Under the pieces are notes generated by a model. The model was not told the origin of the DNA. It searched no databases and saw only the letters and a list, made by a program, of their open reading frames with translations. A stretch of DNA of 64,000 nt from Candidatus Obscuribacteraceae bacterium (GTDB lineage: Bacteria; Cyanobacteriota; Vampirovibrionia; Obscuribacterales; Obscuribacteraceae), in NCBI GenBank assembly GCA_044226015.1, contig JBGAHS010000009.1:256001-320000 (forward strand), given 5' to 3'. The number at the start of each line of letters is the position of its first letter. Position 1 is the first letter of the stretch. This document shows, one piece after another, positions 1 to 10,600 of this stretch. A program made the position numbers and the translations under genes.

Positions 1-927
1 AACTTCAGACTTGAACTTGGTGTGTGGCTTGATGCTGCCTGGTTTAGCGATAACTTGACCACGTTGAATGTCGTTCTTTTCAATACCTCTGAGGAGGATA
101 CCGACGTTGTCGCCAGCCATTCCTTCGTCAAGGGTCTTTTGATACATTTCAACACCAGTTACGGTTGTCTTGCGGGTGTCGCCGAGACCAACGATCTCAA
201 CTTCTTCGCCAACTTTAACTTTACCGCGCTCAATTCTGCCTGTAGCTACGGTTCCACGACCTGTGATCGAGAACACATCTTCTACTGCGAGCAAGAATGG
301 TTTGTCGATTTCACGTTGTGGGGTTGGGATGTAGCTATCAACTTGCTTCATGAGTTCATGAATTTGTTCTTTAGCTTTTGCATCGCCTTCGAGAACTTTC
401 ACAGCTGAACCGCGAATGAACGGAATATCGTCTCCTGGGAAGTTGTACTTAGCGAGCAATTCGCGAACTTCCATTTCGACGAGGTCGAGCAATTCAGGAT
501 CGTCAACCATGTCGCACTTGTTGAGCCATACTACGATGTAAGGAACACCTACCTGACGAGCAAGAAGGATGTGCTCACGTGTCTGAGGCATAGGACCGTC
601 AGCAGCGGATACGACGAGGATTGCGCCGTCCATCTGAGCTGCACCGGTGATCATGTTCTTGATGTAGTCAGCGTGTCCAGGGCAGTCAACGTGGCTGTAG
701 TGACGATTTTCGGTTTCATATTCAACGTGAGCTGTGTTGATCGTGATACCGCGAGCCTTTTCTTCTGGTGCTGCGTCGATTTCATCATATGCTTTGAACT
801 TCGCTTTACCTGCTTCAGAAAGAACCTTTGTGATTGCAGCGGTCAATGAAGTTTTGCCGTGGTCGACGTGGCCGATGGTGCCCACGTTGACGTTGGGTTT
901 GTTACGCTCGAACTTTTGGCGGGCCAT
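1..927 (-). CDS. tuf: Elongation factor Tu (3' end outside window)
   Basis: Minus strand from ATG at 927 reads [33 protein letters not shown]...DCPGHADY...NKCD. AAGGAG RBS upstream. The frame stays open to the window edge, so it is missing from the ORF track. Confidence 0.99.
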   Translation of the reverse strand, partial: MARQKFERNKPNVNVGTIGHVDHGKTSLTAAITKVLSEAGKAKFKAYDEIDAAPEEKARGITINTAHVEYETENRHYSHVDCPGHADYIKNMITGAAQMDGAILVVSAADGPMPQTREHILLARQVGVPYIVVWLNKCDMVDDPELLDLVEMEVRELLAKYNFPGDDIPFIRGSAVKVLEGDAKAKEQIHELMKQVDSYIPTPQREIDKPFLLAVEDVFSITGRGTVATGRIERGKVKVGEEVEIVGLGDTRKTTVTGVEMYQKTLDEGMAGDNVGILLRGIEKNDIQRGQVIAKPGSIKPHTKFKSEV

Positions 928-1028
928 TTCAACTCTCCTTGAAGTGTCGTTTTTTTTAGGTCACAGAACGCGGGGTTCTGGGTATCTCACATGGTGCTGG
1001 TGCTTGTGCCGAACGTGGTCCAGGGAAA

Positions 1029-1103
1029 TGGAGCCAATGACGAGGCTCGAACTCGTGACCTCCCCCTTACCAAGGGGGTGCACTACCACTGTGCTACATT
1101 GGC
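1029..1103 (-). tRNA. tRNA-Thr (GGT)
   Basis: Reverse complement GCCAATGTAGCACAGTGGTAGTGCACCCCCTTGGTAAGGGGGAGGTCACGAGTTCGAGCCTCGTCATTGGCTCCA; anticodon loop TTGGTAA; CCA encoded. Confidence 0.96.
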
Positions 1104-1254
1104 AAATGTTCAGCTGCTACACCAAATCCATGAGCTATACAGGAGCACATATTTTAAGGCCCCTATCAGCAAACCTGGCAACATATTTAGTTTGTTTGCA
1201 GGTTTTGAACTCAGTACTCCCCGTTTACGTTCTTTGACACGGATCCAATAAAAC

Positions 1255-1286
1255 TTCCGTCCCTCTTTTAGAAGGAACGGAAAAAA
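1255..1286 (-). terminator. Probable intrinsic terminator after tRNA-Tyr
   Basis: Imperfect stem TTCCGTTCCTTCT / AGAGGGACGGAA on the minus strand, followed by GTTTTATT. Confidence 0.55.
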
Positions 1287-1369
1287 TGGGCAGAACTGGG
1301 TTCGAACCAGTGTAGGCTTACGCCAGCGACTTTACAGGCCGCCTCCTTTAACCACTCGGACATCTGCCC
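1287..1369 (-). tRNA. tRNA-Tyr (GTA)
   Basis: GGGCAGATGTCCGAGTGGTTAAAGGAGGCGGCCTGTAAAGTCGCTGGCGTAAGCCTACACTGGTTCGAACCCAGTTCTGCCCA; long variable arm; anticodon loop CTGTAAA; CCA not encoded. Confidence 0.96.
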
Positions 1370-1374
1370 AAATT

Positions 1375-1446
1375 AGCTGGTGATGGGATTCGAACCCGCG
1401 ACCGACGGTTTACAAAACCGTTGCTCTACCACTGAGCTACACCAGC
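1375..1446 (-). tRNA. tRNA-Thr (TGT)
   Basis: GCTGGTGTAGCTCAGTGGTAGAGCAACGGTTTTGTAAACCGTCGGTCGCGGGTTCGAATCCCATCACCAGCT; anticodon loop TTTGTAA; CCA not encoded. Confidence 0.96.
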
Positions 1447-1496
1447 GTTTGTCCTGAGCACATGACTCAGGGAACGGACCAGTTATTCTACCATCG

Positions 1497-2522
1497 TCAT
1501 TTCAGTTTGCACTGTCTGACAACTTCGTAGAACATGATACCAGCTGCCACCGAAGCATTCAGGGATTCAGTTTTGCCCAACATTGGAATCTTCAGTAACA
1601 GATCGCAATGCTCCTTAACCAAACGGCTCACTCCGGATCCTTCGCTGCCAACCACTATGACAAGAGGTCTGACAAGGTTGGCTTCTGTGTACATTTCTTT
1701 GCCTTCCAGGTCGAGAGCAGCGACCCAGAATCCATATTTCTTCAAAGTCTCAAGGCATTGAACAATGTTGCCTACTCTGACTACCGGCAGTGTCGCAAGT
1801 GCTCCCGCGCTTGTTTTGGCGACAGTTCCAGTCAAGCCAGCAGCTCTGCGTTGTGGAAGAAAGAGTCCTTTGACACCTGCAGCTTCTGCCACTCTTATGA
1901 TGGCACCCAGGTTGTGTGGGTCTTCAACACCGTCCAGAAGCGCCAACATGTACCCATCCATAGATTGTCCATTTAGCTCTCGCTGAATGCGGTCGAGCAC
2001 CAACTTCTGCAAAAACGTATCCAGCCGCCACATTTCCGCAGGACTGATAAGTGCTATGACACCCTGGTGGCGCCGTTGTGGACCAGCGAGTTGATCTAGC
2101 TTTTTTCGATCGCAATCCTGTAAAGGAATGTGTTGATGTTTGGCAAGCGAACGAATCTTGCGAATTCGACCATCATATTCAAGACCTTCAGCCATTAGAA
2201 TTTTGTTGACCCTAACACCCTGCCCTGGGTCAAGCGTGGGTCTTGCAGGCAATTGTAGTCGAACGTCTTGCCGGCACTGCAAAAACTTCACTGCGTCCCG
2301 AATTACTTCTTCCAGAGCCTCGATGTCATCAGCTTCCGCATGCTTAGCGGCCTGACTGGCTCGCTCAAGAGCTTCCTGCACTAAGGCGTTGTGAATGGTC
2401 TTGTGTTCTTGTAGGGAATCATCTTGCTTGTCGTACTCTTCAAGAAACGAGAGCACTGCATTCTTGCCGAAGATTAGTTCTTCGTTTGGGAGTCCGTTAT
2501 TTCCGTCGTTATTGTCTCTCAT
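1497..2522 (-). CDS. rlmB: 23S rRNA (Gm2251) 2'-O-methyltransferase, SpoU/TrmH family
   Basis: SPOUT motifs LDGVEDPHNLGAIIR, VGSEGSG and IPMLGKTESLNASVAAG; N-terminal IFGKNAV and HQGVIA motifs. Confidence 0.92.
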   Translation of the reverse strand: MRDNNDGNNGLPNEELIFGKNAVLSFLEEYDKQDDSLQEHKTIHNALVQEALERASQAAKHAEADDIEALEEVIRDAVKFLQCRQDVRLQLPARPTLDPGQGVRVNKILMAEGLEYDGRIRKIRSLAKHQHIPLQDCDRKKLDQLAGPQRRHQGVIALISPAEMWRLDTFLQKLVLDRIQRELNGQSMDGYMLALLDGVEDPHNLGAIIRVAEAAGVKGLFLPQRRAAGLTGTVAKTSAGALATLPVVRVGNIVQCLETLKKYGFWVAALDLEGKEMYTEANLVRPLVIVVGSEGSGVSRLVKEHCDLLLKIPMLGKTESLNASVAAGIMFYEVVRQCKLK

Positions 2523-2821
2523 TGCAAACCACTTTATCAGGCTGTGGGCATCGTCCCATAGACATGCTTGATTTCCGATGTTTTATTGATAATGTCCCAT
2601 TTTGGCAGAGTTATGCTCTTTGATCTCTTCTTTCTCGGATTTCCGCTATGTGCAGCTGTGTGTCTGCTAATTGTCGCTGTGAGAGAAGCAAGTGCAAAAT
2701 TCTGGCATTGCGCTTTTTCCTTCCTCGCGTATTGCGCATTTTACCTCGCGGGTGGCAGAGATGTTCTCTTGTACATAATAAGCGGAATGTGCATCGGCGG
2801 CGGCTGGTTGTGTTTGCCGTT

Positions 2822-3073
2822 TTAGCGCGACTTCTTTTTCGGAGCGACTGGAGCTACGGTTGCGTGCCTGTTTTGCTGCGCCTCTGCAAGAGTTCTCATC
2901 GGAATGTCATGCTTTTTGAGCCAGCGTGAGATTGTGTTGGGATCGCACCAGCGATTCTCTTGCTCTCTGTAGATTCTTGCTATTTCAACAGTGCTGAGTT
3001 TGTCCTTCACGTATTTTTCGTAAAGCCAATCCCTGTCTTGATATAGTGTTTTCGTTCTCAGGGTTTTGCCCAC
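2822..3073 (-). CDS. Small helix-turn-helix-like protein (83 aa)
   Basis: GTG start with GGGAG RBS; pattern WLYEKY...LSTVEIA...TISRWLKKHDIPMR fits an HTH; basic C-terminal tail. Confidence 0.65.
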   Translation of the reverse strand: MGKTLRTKTLYQDRDWLYEKYVKDKLSTVEIARIYREQENRWCDPNTISRWLKKHDIPMRTLAEAQQNRHATVAPVAPKKKSR

Positions 3074-3174
3074 AACTCAACTCCCGCACACTCCGAACAA
3101 AATTCATATTCCACCGCGCTGCAAGATTCAAAACTGGGAATCTACAAAGAAGCAGCCTTTGCGGGAGAGAGAAT

Positions 3175-4563
3175 TTGCAGACACGTTTGCCTCAAGTCGA
3201 TAAGTTGCTTCGGCATCCGATAATAATTGAAGCTCTGGAATTCTATAAGAGGGATGCACTTCTGCGGATTTTGCGGGATCTTCTCGAGCAGCTTCGAGAG
3301 GAGAAGAAAGCCCTGGAAGCTGATGAAATCGCTGTGATGCTCGCTGCACTTTTGAAGGAATTGTCTGCGCCCCAGCTTCGGAAGGTAATCAATGGAACTG
3401 GTGTAGTCTTAAACACAAATCTGGGAAGAGCACCGATTTCAAGCCGGCATCTACAGCAGGCAAGTGAAGTCGCTGAGGGCTACTGCAATCTTGAAATCAA
3501 TCTTGAAACAGGTAAGCGTGGGCAGCGAGCTTCGCGGATGGACAAGATGTTGCGATTTTTGTCAGGGGCCGAGGCAAGCATTGCGGTGAACAACAACGCA
3601 GCAGCTTTGGTGCTGGCAGTGAATTGTTTTGCGCTCGGAAAAGAAGTGATTGTTTCCCGCGGCGAACTCATAGAAATTGGAGGCAGTTTTCGTTTGCCTG
3701 ATGTAATCGAGTCTGCAGGCGGCAAGTTACGAGAGGTTGGAACTACAAACAAAACACGCTTGAGTGATTTTGAAAAAGCGATTGGACCATCCACTGGTTT
3801 GGTAATGCGCTGTCACCGATCGAATTTCGAGATAAAGGGCTTCACCGAAGAAGTGAAATTGTCAGAACTTGTGAGACTCTGCAACGCGCACTCAGTGCCA
3901 CTTCTAGATGATATGGGCAGCGGTGTGTTGATGAATTTGGGAGACTTGGGACTCAAAGGTGAGCCGACTCTCGAAGAAAGCATTTCACTTGGAATTGATC
4001 TGGTGACTTATTCGGGAGATAAATTGCTTGGTGGTCCACAAGCTGGTTTGATTTCTGGCAAAAAAGAGTATGTGCAGAAACTGGCTAAACATCCGCTTTA
4101 TAGAGCTATGCGTCTTGACAAATTGCGCTTGTCATTGCTTGAGCAAACTCTGTCATCTTTTTTCACGAAAAATCCTGAGCAGTATTTGCCCGCACTTGAT
4201 CGAATTTCTGAGCAGCAAAATGAAATTGAAAAGAGAGTTGAAAAGATTTTGCATGCTTCGGAAGTAAAGAAGTTCACATCATTTGAATTGGAGAAAACCG
4301 TTACGAACTCTGCAATTGGAGGTGGGTCGCTTCCTGGGAGAGAGACTAATAGTTGTGGATTGGTTTTGAAAAGTAATTACAAAGCAAATCGAATAGCGCA
4401 GATCTTGAGATCTTGCAAAACACCAGTAGTTGTAATTAGCAGAGAAGAAGACAACATAATTGATTTTAGAACTGTGTTTCCAACAGAAGAAAATCGCTTG
4501 CTTGAATCTCTTGAAGAGCTTGATGCAATCCTGATTGCGTCTGATAAGCAATTGAGGATGTAA
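3175..4563 (+). CDS. selA: L-seryl-tRNA(Sec) selenium transferase
   Basis: Motifs VINGTGVVLNTNLGRAP, VNNNAAA, SRGELIEIGGSFRLPD, EVGTTNKT and PLP-lysine SGDKLLGGPQAG. Start moved from 3046 to the in-frame TTG at 3175, which has a GGAG RBS. Confidence 0.95.
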   Translation: MQTRLPQVDKLLRHPIIIEALEFYKRDALLRILRDLLEQLREEKKALEADEIAVMLAALLKELSAPQLRKVINGTGVVLNTNLGRAPISSRHLQQASEVAEGYCNLEINLETGKRGQRASRMDKMLRFLSGAEASIAVNNNAAALVLAVNCFALGKEVIVSRGELIEIGGSFRLPDVIESAGGKLREVGTTNKTRLSDFEKAIGPSTGLVMRCHRSNFEIKGFTEEVKLSELVRLCNAHSVPLLDDMGSGVLMNLGDLGLKGEPTLEESISLGIDLVTYSGDKLLGGPQAGLISGKKEYVQKLAKHPLYRAMRLDKLRLSLLEQTLSSFFTKNPEQYLPALDRISEQQNEIEKRVEKILHASEVKKFTSFELEKTVTNSAIGGGSLPGRETNSCGLVLKSNYKANRIAQILRSCKTPVVVISREEDNIIDFRTVFPTEENRLLESLEELDAILIASDKQLRM

Positions 4564-4640
4564 TTTGCTTATGCATTTCCTCGTTAAGGGGGTATAATTC
4601 GGCTGGCGATGGTTGTATGCATATATGAGGAATGGATTTT

Positions 4641-4952
4641 ATGGCAGATGATAGTGAACTCGCAGCGCTCCGCACTAAAATTGAAAAGGAAGCCCGATTC
4701 ACAAGAAGTCTTGTAGTTATTTGCACAGCAGCAATTTTGGGAGTGAGTCTTGTTCCTGTAAAGATCATGCTTACCGATCTTCCAACAGTTATTACTAATG
4801 ACTTCGAAGGAAAACTCGAACAGATTCATGACCACTGGGCTATTCTGGATAAGACGATGAACAATCGTCATGGTGGCGCTCCAGCTAATACGGAAGCAGC
4901 TCCAGCAGCAGCTCCTGAAGGCGAAAGCAAGCCAGCTGAAGAAAAGAAATAA
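4641..4952 (+). CDS. Small single-pass membrane protein of unknown function
   Basis: ORF 4632..4952; GAGGA RBS spacing favours ATG 4641; one hydrophobic helix (LVVICTAAILGVSLV); followed by a terminator. Confidence 0.7.
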   Translation: MADDSELAALRTKIEKEARFTRSLVVICTAAILGVSLVPVKIMLTDLPTVITNDFEGKLEQIHDHWAILDKTMNNRHGGAPANTEAAPAAAPEGESKPAEEKK

Positions 4953-4970
4953 TCCGACTTATTGCTAGTG

Positions 4971-5011
4971 AAAAAAAATGGGGCAGATCAAACGATCTGC
5001 CCCGATTTTTT
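4971..5011. terminator. Bidirectional intrinsic terminator
   Basis: GGGGCAGATC-AAAC-GATCTGCCCC (4980-5003) flanked by A and T tracts, between convergent genes. Confidence 0.9.
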
Positions 5012-5058
5012 ATTTAGCTATTCTGTGTTGAGTCCCGAATTTTTTCAGGACGAGCTAA

Positions 5059-7203
5059 CTACTTGTTTAGAAGTGATTGACGTCGTTTGACTTCTGATTC
5101 GACTTCTTCCGGGCTAATGTTGTTGACTTGCATTGGACCTGCGCAAAGTTCTCGCCATTGTGCACCGGCAAGAGCCTGTCTCACAATTACTTCGAAAACC
5201 TGTTGTCTTACTCCCATGCCATAGCTGCCTGACTGAGCGCCATTGGCGAACTGTGGTGTTGTCGGTGGTGCCATAGCAGGTTGTGGTCTTGCCGGTTGAG
5301 GAGCTGGAGCAGGTGTTGGTGCAGGCATGTTCTGGTGCCCGAATGAAGGCTGCGCAGGAGGCTGGAACTGTGGTGCCTGCGCTTGGAATCCTTGTTGGAA
5401 TCCCCCGGAGTTGAACCCGTCGCCAAATTCATTGCTCGTTAATGGTGAGTCAAATCCCGAACCAGGGTCACTTGCAAATACTCCCGGTTTTACTCCCGGA
5501 TTTGGTGCAGGAGTTGCTTCGAACAAGCCAGGTCTGGCGCCAGCCGCTACTTGCTGAGAGTCGAAAAATCCCTGGTTGTTTGCCTGTGCCGGCTCGTGAT
5601 GCTGAGGCGGCGCTGGTGCTTGTTGAGTGTGCAGATCGCGAAGAGAGAGCATCTCTTTTTGCAAATCTCGAACCATTTCTTCGGTGTTAGAGCGCAGCTC
5701 TTCCATTTGATTGCGAAGCATGTTCAGTTCGGCGTCTTTCTCGATCAGATCCATGTCTTTGCTTTCAAGAGCAGCTCTGAATTCTTCTTCTCTTGAATTG
5801 ATAAGATCTGCTGCCTCTGAATAGCGATTGTTGAGATCTTCCATTCGCTGATTGAGTTGTTCTTGAGCACTCTGCAATTCAGAGTCTTTCTGGCTCAGTA
5901 ACTGAGACAATTCGTTTTCACGTTCGTCCATGCGGCGTTGCATTTCTCGATTAGCTCTTTCAAGACTTTCGAGCTGAGCGCGCACCGCCTCATCTGTGAT
6001 TCCGCCCCCGGTGAACTCCGACAATGTTGCACCATAAGAAGTTCGTGGTGGGGCTTCTGCAGCTTGTACTGCTTCATATGCCGCACGGAAGAGGTCTCCA
6101 GAAATGCGTTGTTGACCTAATAACTCAACTAATCTGTGCAGCAGTTCTGCAGGTGGATCTGATGGGTACACTGCCATGTACGCGCACTTGAAGGTCCACG
6201 GGTCGATGAGCCCAGCGGACAGTTGGTCGGCAAGGCTTGTCACAAGCTGATCGGGAGATAGTTTCTCATTCTCTTGGGCTTCTTTGCCTTCCAGAGCCAG
6301 AACGAGCGAATCTAGCGCTGGAACGAGTTCGCCAATTGCTTTCATTGGCTCAAGTGCTGCTGTAAGAGACTCTGTAAGACTGTTCAAGTTCAAGCCGATT
6401 TCCATCAGCGTTTGATTTTGCAAAGTCTGAGACAGTCCTCGCAACACACCGGTTTGCTCTCCTGCCAGATTTTGTAGTGCGGCCAGGTTAGTTGCGCATA
6501 TGTTTAATGACTGATCAATGCTTTCGACTAGTTCAGCAGTTTTTTCGGAAACCACAGGAAGTGACTCATTCTGGCTTCTAGAGCTAGTCGCCGGAGTCGG
6601 AGCTGTTGTTTCGAAGATAGATGATGCTTGTGCTGAACTTTTCTTGGATTTCTTGTTTGAAATCGGAGCAGGAGCCGGTTCAGGTTCTGGTTCTAGTTGT
6701 GGCTCTGGAGCGGATGTTTCATCAATCTCTTCGGCTTGACTGCCCTCCAGCGCTGCAACTGCTTCATCAATGCTTTCAGCAGTGATCGGAACTCCATAAA
6801 CATTTACTGGTTCCGTATTTTGTCCATAATCGAATGAAGTTGCATCATAGTTTGCTGCGACCTGGGCCATCGCCTCAAGGTCGTAGGGGTCGCTCTGCTG
6901 ACCATACTGCTCGGTAAAATTAGGATCTTGTTGTTGTTGATAGGTTTGAGCGTTTTGCGGATCTTGTTGTCCGTAATTTTGTCCGTACTGGCTCTGTGAA
7001 TATGGGTCATTCTGCGGGTCACCATACTCGTCAGGAGGTGGAGCCGCGAAAGGGTCTGGGTAGGACGTGTTTCGTCCGCCGAGAGCACCCCTTAACTTAG
7101 CTCGTCGTGCTTGTAGGGATGATGCAGCATCCCCAGAACTATTTCCAGAACCGTTATCCACAGCTTCTGTAGCTTCCTTTTTTTTCTTGTCCGTCGTTCC
7201 CAC
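5059..7203 (-). CDS. Coiled-coil protein of unknown function (714 aa)
   Basis: Long ORF, GTG start with GAGG/AGGTG RBS; Q/P-rich disordered ends; central E/Q/L/R heptad region; compact C-terminal domain GVRQQVFEVIVRQALAGAQWRELCAGPMQVNNISPEEVE. Confidence 0.85.
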   Translation of the reverse strand: MGTTDKKKKEATEAVDNGSGNSSGDAASSLQARRAKLRGALGGRNTSYPDPFAAPPPDEYGDPQNDPYSQSQYGQNYGQQDPQNAQTYQQQQDPNFTEQYGQQSDPYDLEAMAQVAANYDATSFDYGQNTEPVNVYGVPITAESIDEAVAALEGSQAEEIDETSAPEPQLEPEPEPAPAPISNKKSKKSSAQASSIFETTAPTPATSSRSQNESLPVVSEKTAELVESIDQSLNICATNLAALQNLAGEQTGVLRGLSQTLQNQTLMEIGLNLNSLTESLTAALEPMKAIGELVPALDSLVLALEGKEAQENEKLSPDQLVTSLADQLSAGLIDPWTFKCAYMAVYPSDPPAELLHRLVELLGQQRISGDLFRAAYEAVQAAEAPPRTSYGATLSEFTGGGITDEAVRAQLESLERANREMQRRMDERENELSQLLSQKDSELQSAQEQLNQRMEDLNNRYSEAADLINSREEEFRAALESKDMDLIEKDAELNMLRNQMEELRSNTEEMVRDLQKEMLSLRDLHTQQAPAPPQHHEPAQANNQGFFDSQQVAAGARPGLFEATPAPNPGVKPGVFASDPGSGFDSPLTSNEFGDGFNSGGFQQGFQAQAPQFQPPAQPSFGHQNMPAPTPAPAPQPARPQPAMAPPTTPQFANGAQSGSYGMGVRQQVFEVIVRQALAGAQWRELCAGPMQVNNISPEEVESEVKRRQSLLNK

Positions 7204-7452
7204 TCACCTACCTCGGAGGTCCAGCTGCAAATAACTTCCTATCAGTAGATCTGTTCCACTTTGGACCGGAAATAACACATCTTCTGAAGCTGTAGCGTCT
7301 GATATTTGCGGGCTTTTTAGCTGTTTAAGCTTTCCTCTTCTGGTCTGTGTTTCTTGCCTTCTAACCTTCCTGTCAAGCTCCCCCCAAAATCAGGCGGACC
7401 TCCTGATACTAGTATAGCCGAAAAATACCGTCCGGGAATAGAATCCCGGCGC

Positions 7453-7481
7453 TTGACAAGCTCCTTCTGCAAATGTACCAT
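7453..7481 (+). promoter_or_regulatory. Sigma70-type promoter upstream of first coupling-protein-like ATPase
   Basis: TTGACA (7453-7458), 17-bp spacer, TACCAT (7476-7481). Confidence 0.7.
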
Positions 7482-7645
7482 GCTTTGTGTCTGAAATACA
7501 ACTTAAATTCAGGCTTTTACCAGGAAGGGGCTAATTTGAATTTGGCTCCAGGGACAAAAATATTGGCAGCGTTTTGTCCTCGTGAAATTTGCCGAAAAGC
7601 GTTATTATCAAAGAGGAGACTCTCCGCTAGCCTTCATTCAGGTAC

Positions 7646-10600
7646 ATGAGTTTGGAACTTTTAATTTGTCAAACCTGCGGAATTATCATTCGCGGCCGGA
7701 GCAAGACTTGCACAGGCTGCGGCGCAGTTATGTCAAAACACTCGCCGACTGTTGTGAACAATGCATTGATCGGAGCTACTGCACTTGCCGTACCTCTGCA
7801 GAATGATCCACTCGTTCTTGAGCGAACCGTCAACCATGTGATTTATGGACGAAACATGGAAGCTGACTCGAACGGAAATGGCAACGGAAACGGCAGTGGC
7901 AACGGGCATGATGGAAATGGTGCCTTCCTTTATAGCGAATCTGATTTGGGCAAGGTCGTGTTTCCTGCTAGTGAGGACGGACCTGCTTTTCAGCCGGATG
8001 AAGAGTCAACTCAACTTGAGTCTGAACCAGAACCAGAGCCCATTCCGAACGAAGCGCCACAGTGGGAGCTTACGAGCACTGGCACGCGTTTGCCGATGTT
8101 AGGAGCTGCAGTAGGCACTCCCATGGCTGCTGGTGCAGCTCACGCCCTGGCTAGTTTCAATGCTCAATCGGCCCAGTCCGCTGAGATGGCAGCCGCTGCA
8201 GCGCCGCCAGTATCAACTCCCGCCGTAGCCGAGGCATCATCTGTCGCAGCTTATGCTCCTCCGGCGAGCCCAGAATACGCTGCTCCACCAACCGCAGACG
8301 ATCCTGATGATTTCTTTTCTGGTCCAGCAGCCGCTGCTGCCTCTGGTAATGGTGCTGGTGTTCCGTCCACCGGTCAGGCTGATTCGTTTGATGCCGCCCC
8401 GCCAGGAAGATCAGCGCCTGATCCTCATACACGTGCGCCCGAACCGGAGCAACGTGAGGCCGCTCCTGTATCACATACAAACAATGCAGCTCCCGTTCAG
8501 TCGGAACCTACCCATTCAGCTCCTTCCCAAACTGCTGGTCCTATCAGCGAACCGATTCACTCCCCTCCTGTAGCGACACCTTCTACTGCTCAGTCATTTT
8601 TGAGTGCTCCGCCGCCAGGTACGTTCGCTCCTACATCAGAATCTGCCTCAGCACAGACCGACACCGCTGTGTCGACACCAGGCTTGATGGCAAACTTTTC
8701 GACTCCGTCGTCATCGCAGAATGTGAAACCGACATCGGCGCATGCTTCTTCACGTCCTGGCATGATGGACTTTTTCTCTGCAACCTCAGATTCACCTGCA
8801 GCTGGCGGAACAACCGGGACCAATGAGGCGCAAGCAAGCTCTCCACAAACGGATAGTTTGTCACCTAGTTTTATGTCTGGGGCTCAGGCGAGCATCATAC
8901 AGAATGCAATTAACGCTGCAGCAAATTTGTCGACTTCAACCAAGACAGATGTAGAGCTTCGTGAAGCTGAGCCAGAGCCAGAACCATTGAAAGCCAAGAA
9001 AAAGAGTGTTGGCAAAAAGAGCTTGCGACCTAAGCCAGTTGAGGAAGCAGAAGATGAAGAGGATTTCGCTCCGAAGTCGCTCGACAAATTTAAGAAGAGC
9101 GGACGTTCTTCTTTGACCAAGATAGACAAGGACAAAACTTCCAAAGACAAAACAAAGTCTAAGCCTGCTCCAAGCAGCAAAAAGAAATCAGGTTCGAAAT
9201 CAGCTGAAACCGAGAATTTTACTGTCGGCAATTTTAGCATTCCGATGAAAACCGCTAAAGTAGCTGGTTTGATGATTGTTTTTGCTTTTCCTGTAATGGT
9301 TTTGATCGCGAATGTGACAAGTATTATTGGTGGACTTGCCGGTGGTAATAAAGACGGCAGTCTTCCAGGTATGGCAGCACCAGCTCCATCTAGCGGACTT
9401 AATGGTGATTGGGAAATTGCTTTCATGAATCCCAGTGGTTCTGTAGGAACCGGGGTTATGACACTCAATCAGAATGGAAACAGCATTGATGGGTATGGTG
9501 CTGATAAAGGACAGTTTCAAATTAGAGGCACCGTAGATGGTGACAAAGTTCAATTCAACAAACAATATGTGCAGAATGGACAGATAGTAGGAAAGCCTAT
9601 TCTCTACGCTGGAAAAATCGATTACATGATTGATCAACTGCCACAAGGGCAGAAGTATTTTGTTCACATCTCGGGTATTTGGCAGCTGACTAAACGAGAA
9701 GGGTACAGCTGGCGTGCACAAATCAAACAGTTTCAAGGCAAGTGGGAAGGTGGTCTGACCAGAAGAGGCACTGGGACGGGCACGATTGCAGCTCATTCCG
9801 GGCCTCAGCAAGGTCCGCAAGTGTCGAGTCCTAAAAACCCGCAAGCAGCGCATGGATTCTTCTTGCAAGTTGCTCTGGGTATCATCGGAATTGGTATAGG
9901 GCTTGCCTTAGTTTCGCTGAAATTCTTTGGACCCTCTGGACTGCTGAACATCTGGGCTAAAAAGGAATACATTCCATCGCAGTTCAAAGCTCAGCATTTC
10001 AAAATGGTCGCAGAAATGGGCAAACCTCTGCGTCCAGGTGGTGTACCTCTCGGAACTCGCAGCGACTGGGGCATCCATCAGTGGTGGCGTCCTCGAAAGC
10101 TGAATATGACGCCTGAGTTGAGAGAGTCAAATCCTCATACTCTAATTCTTGGTGCTGGTGCAAAAGGCAAAAGTCGTCTGATGGCCAGCATGATTGCAAA
10201 TGATATTGAAGGCGCAGAACGTGCTGTCGTTGTTGTCGACTCTGATGGAGCGCTTATCGACCTTATGATGAACTGGATTGCAGCGCATCCTAAGGGCAAG
10301 CAAATGGCAAAACGCGTTATTGTCATTGACCCTACATATGATGGCGAAACCATTGGCTATAATCCACTGGAGTTTCCTGAAGATGGCGATTTGCAGAACG
10401 CTGCATCATCTATTGTGTTTGGATTTAAAGCAATCTATACGGAGCCTCCCGGTTCACAGAGCCAATGGAACCAGCAAACGGCAAACATTCTGCGTAACTC
10501 TGCTGTTCTGCTTATGGCTAATGGAAAGACTCTCACAGACTTACCAGTTCTTCTCTCCGATAATGATTTCCGCGATATTTTGCTGGAAAAAGTTGAGAAG

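Noticed and set aside
22..1251. Plus-strand ORFs 22..408, 571..849, 734..1237 and 991..1251
   Set aside because: Antisense shadows of tuf and tRNA-Thr.
2568..2825. Hydrophobic 85-aa ORF or 6S-like RNA between rlmB and the HTH gene
   Set aside because: No clear RBS or family motif; only a 7-bp inverted repeat (TTCCGCT/AGCGGAA) without extended pairing.
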